Positions 62,194 to 64,000 of a DNA stretch of 64,000 nt are shown here, piece by piece (the stretch's first letter is position 1; every line of letters begins with the position of its first letter). Both the position numbers and the translations under genes were made by a program. Source of the DNA: Alphaproteobacteria bacterium (GTDB lineage Bacteria > Pseudomonadota > Alphaproteobacteria > Bin95); assembly GCA_965205265.1 (NCBI GenBank), contig CBDBGH010000003.1:3936001-4000000 (forward strand), written 5' to 3'. The notes under the pieces were generated by a model. That model did not search any database, was not told the origin of the DNA, and saw only the letters and a list, made by a program, of their open reading frames with translations.

Positions 62194-63452
62194 TGCTCCG
62201 CGCCGGGCTCGCACTGGCACTTCTGGCTTCGCCCGCGATGGCGGCGGAGCGCGAGGTGCCCGCGCGGCCCGGCGCGCTGGCCGCCGCCATCGAAGCCGCG
62301 GAGGCGGGGGAGGTGCTCCTGCTGGCTCCCGGCGTCCATGAGGGCGGCGTGCAGATCGAACGCCCGCTCGCGCTGCGGGGCCGGGCCGGCGCCACCGTCG
62401 TCGGTCCCGGAACCGGCAGCGTCATTTCGGTGCTCGCGCCCGATGTCGAGATCGGCGGGCTGGAGATACGCGGGTCCGGCTCCTCGCACGAGACCATCGA
62501 CTCCGGCATCAGGCTCGGCCGCAAGGCCGCCCGCGCCCTGGTCCGGGGCAACCGGCTCCTGGGCAATCTCTACGGTGTGGACATCCACGGCGCGCGCAAC
62601 GCCCGCGTCGCCGGCAATGTCATCGAGGGCCGCCGGGACCATCGCATGAACGCCCGCGGCAACGGCGTCTATGTCTGGAATGCGCCCGGCGCGGTCGTGG
62701 AGGGCAACGACATCCGCTGGGGCCGGGACGGCATCTTCGTCAATACTTCGAAGAAGAACACCTTCCGGAACAACCGTTTCCGCGACCTGCGCTTCGCGGT
62801 CCACTACATGTACGCCCACAGCAGCACGGTCGAAGGCAACCTCTCCATCGGCAACGACCTCGGCTATGCGATCATGTATTCCAAGCGCGTGAAGGTGCTC
62901 GGCAACGCCTCCGTCGGCGACGCCGAGCACGGCATCATGCTGAACTACGCCAACAGCTCGGAGGTCCGCGGCAATCTCGTGCTGAACGGGGCCAATCGCT
63001 GCGCCTTCATCTACAACGCGCACAAGAACCGGATCGAGGACAACCGGTTCGAGGGCTGCGCCATCGGCATCCACTTCACCGCAGGCTCCGAGCGCAACGC
63101 GATCTCCGGCAATGCCTTCATCGCCAACCGCACGCAGGTGAAATATGCCGGCACCCGGTGGATGGACTGGTCGGAGGAGGGCCGCGGCAACCACTGGTCC
63201 GATTTCGCCGCCTTCGACCTCGACGGCGACGGCATCGCCGACGCCCCCTACCGCCCGAACGATGCGATGGACCATGTGCTCTGGCGCCAGCCGGCCGCGA
63301 AATGGCTGCTCGGCGCGCCGGCGGTGCAGCTCGTGCGCTGGGCGCAGGCGGCTTTCCCCGCGCTTCTGCCGGGCGGCGTCATCGACAGCCACCCGCTGAT
63401 GCGGCCGGTCGAGGTCCGGCTTCCGGACTGGGGGGAGGGCGGCGATGGATAG
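62190..63452 (+). CDS. nosD: Nitrous oxide reductase maturation protein
   Basis: [32 protein letters not shown]. Confidence 0.95.
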   Translation: MMLRAGLALALLASPAMAAEREVPARPGALAAAIEAAEAGEVLLLAPGVHEGGVQIERPLALRGRAGATVVGPGTGSVISVLAPDVEIGGLEIRGSGSSHETIDSGIRLGRKAARALVRGNRLLGNLYGVDIHGARNARVAGNVIEGRRDHRMNARGNGVYVWNAPGAVVEGNDIRWGRDGIFVNTSKKNTFRNNRFRDLRFAVHYMYAHSSTVEGNLSIGNDLGYAIMYSKRVKVLGNASVGDAEHGIMLNYANSSEVRGNLVLNGANRCAFIYNAHKNRIEDNRFEGCAIGIHFTAGSERNAISGNAFIANRTQVKYAGTRWMDWSEEGRGNHWSDFAAFDLDGDGIADAPYRPNDAMDHVLWRQPAAKWLLGAPAVQLVRWAQAAFPALLPGGVIDSHPLMRPVEVRLPDWGEGGDG

Positions 63453-64000
63453 CGCGCTCTCGGTCTCGGCCGTCTCCAAGGCCTTTGGGCCCCACCGCGT
63501 TCTGCGGGAGGTGTCGCTGGAGGTCCGCGCCGGCGAGCGGGTGGCGCTGCTCGGCCATAACGGCGCCGGCAAGACGACGCTGATGAAGCTCGCGCTCGGG
63601 CTCGTTCCGGCGGATAGCGGGTCGATCTCGGTCGGGGGCGCGGCCGCGGGAAGCGCCGCCGCGCGCGAGGCGGCGGCCTATCTGCCGGAAGCGCTCGCCT
63701 TTCATCCGGCGCTGACCGGGCGCGAGCAATTGGACCTGTTCGCGCGCCTCGCCGGCGTTTCGCGGGCGGCGATTCCGGGCCTGCTCGGCCGCGTCGGCCT
63801 CGGGAACGCCGCCGACCGGCGCATCGGCGCCTGGTCCAAGGGCATGCGCCAGCGGCTCGGCCTCGCCCAGGTGCTGCTCGGCCGCCCGGCGCTGGCCCTG
63901 CTGGACGAGCCGACAAGCGGCCTCGACCCGGTTTCGCGCCACGAGCTCTACGCGATTATCGACGATATGGCCGGGCAGGGGACCGCCGTCCTGGTCGCAA
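63445..64000 (+). CDS. nosF: ABC transporter ATPase NosF, truncated by the window edge
   Basis: GHNGAGKTT, SKGMRQR, LDEPTSGLDP; follows nosD. Confidence 0.9.
   Translation, partial: MDSALSVSAVSKAFGPHRVLREVSLEVRAGERVALLGHNGAGKTTLMKLALGLVPADSGSISVGGAAAGSAAAREAAAYLPEALAFHPALTGREQLDLFARLAGVSRAAIPGLLGRVGLGNAADRRIGAWSKGMRQRLGLAQVLLGRPALALLDEPTSGLDPVSRHELYAIIDDMAGQGTAVLVA

Overview
High-GC (~70%) alphaproteobacterial chromosomal segment, probably near the replication origin: it has two parS sites, mnmG-rsmG-parA-parB and mipZ. Housekeeping and metabolic genes include katG, pdxH, amt, gtdA, dapB, metF, mlaA/mlaC, cobS/cobT, moaB, ETF-QO, ispE, lpxD, tRNA-Gly(CCC) and a clade I nosRZDF cluster with a divergent Crp/Fnr regulator. 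The accessory layer is dense. (1) A truncated IS1634-like transposase lies at the left edge. (2) A 4.25-kb IS1595-family element (24-bp TIRs, 8-bp TSD) splits a TauD gene and carries a putative Type II restriction-modification pair plus a HicB/HicA-like pair. (3) There are five further small toxin-antitoxin-like loci. Two of them sit between an intact host gene (pdxH, lpxD) and a decayed 52-75 bp copy of that gene's 3' end, with no recombinase nearby. This suggests insertion with long target duplication, and one of these cassettes encodes an uncharacterised pair with a predicted ADP-ribosyltransferase-like toxin. (4) A 178-bp MITE-like hairpin supplies the stop codons of both mlaC and parB. 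(5) Modular CGTC-type REP composites occur at four loci. All family calls come from motif recognition by eye; no database searches were run.
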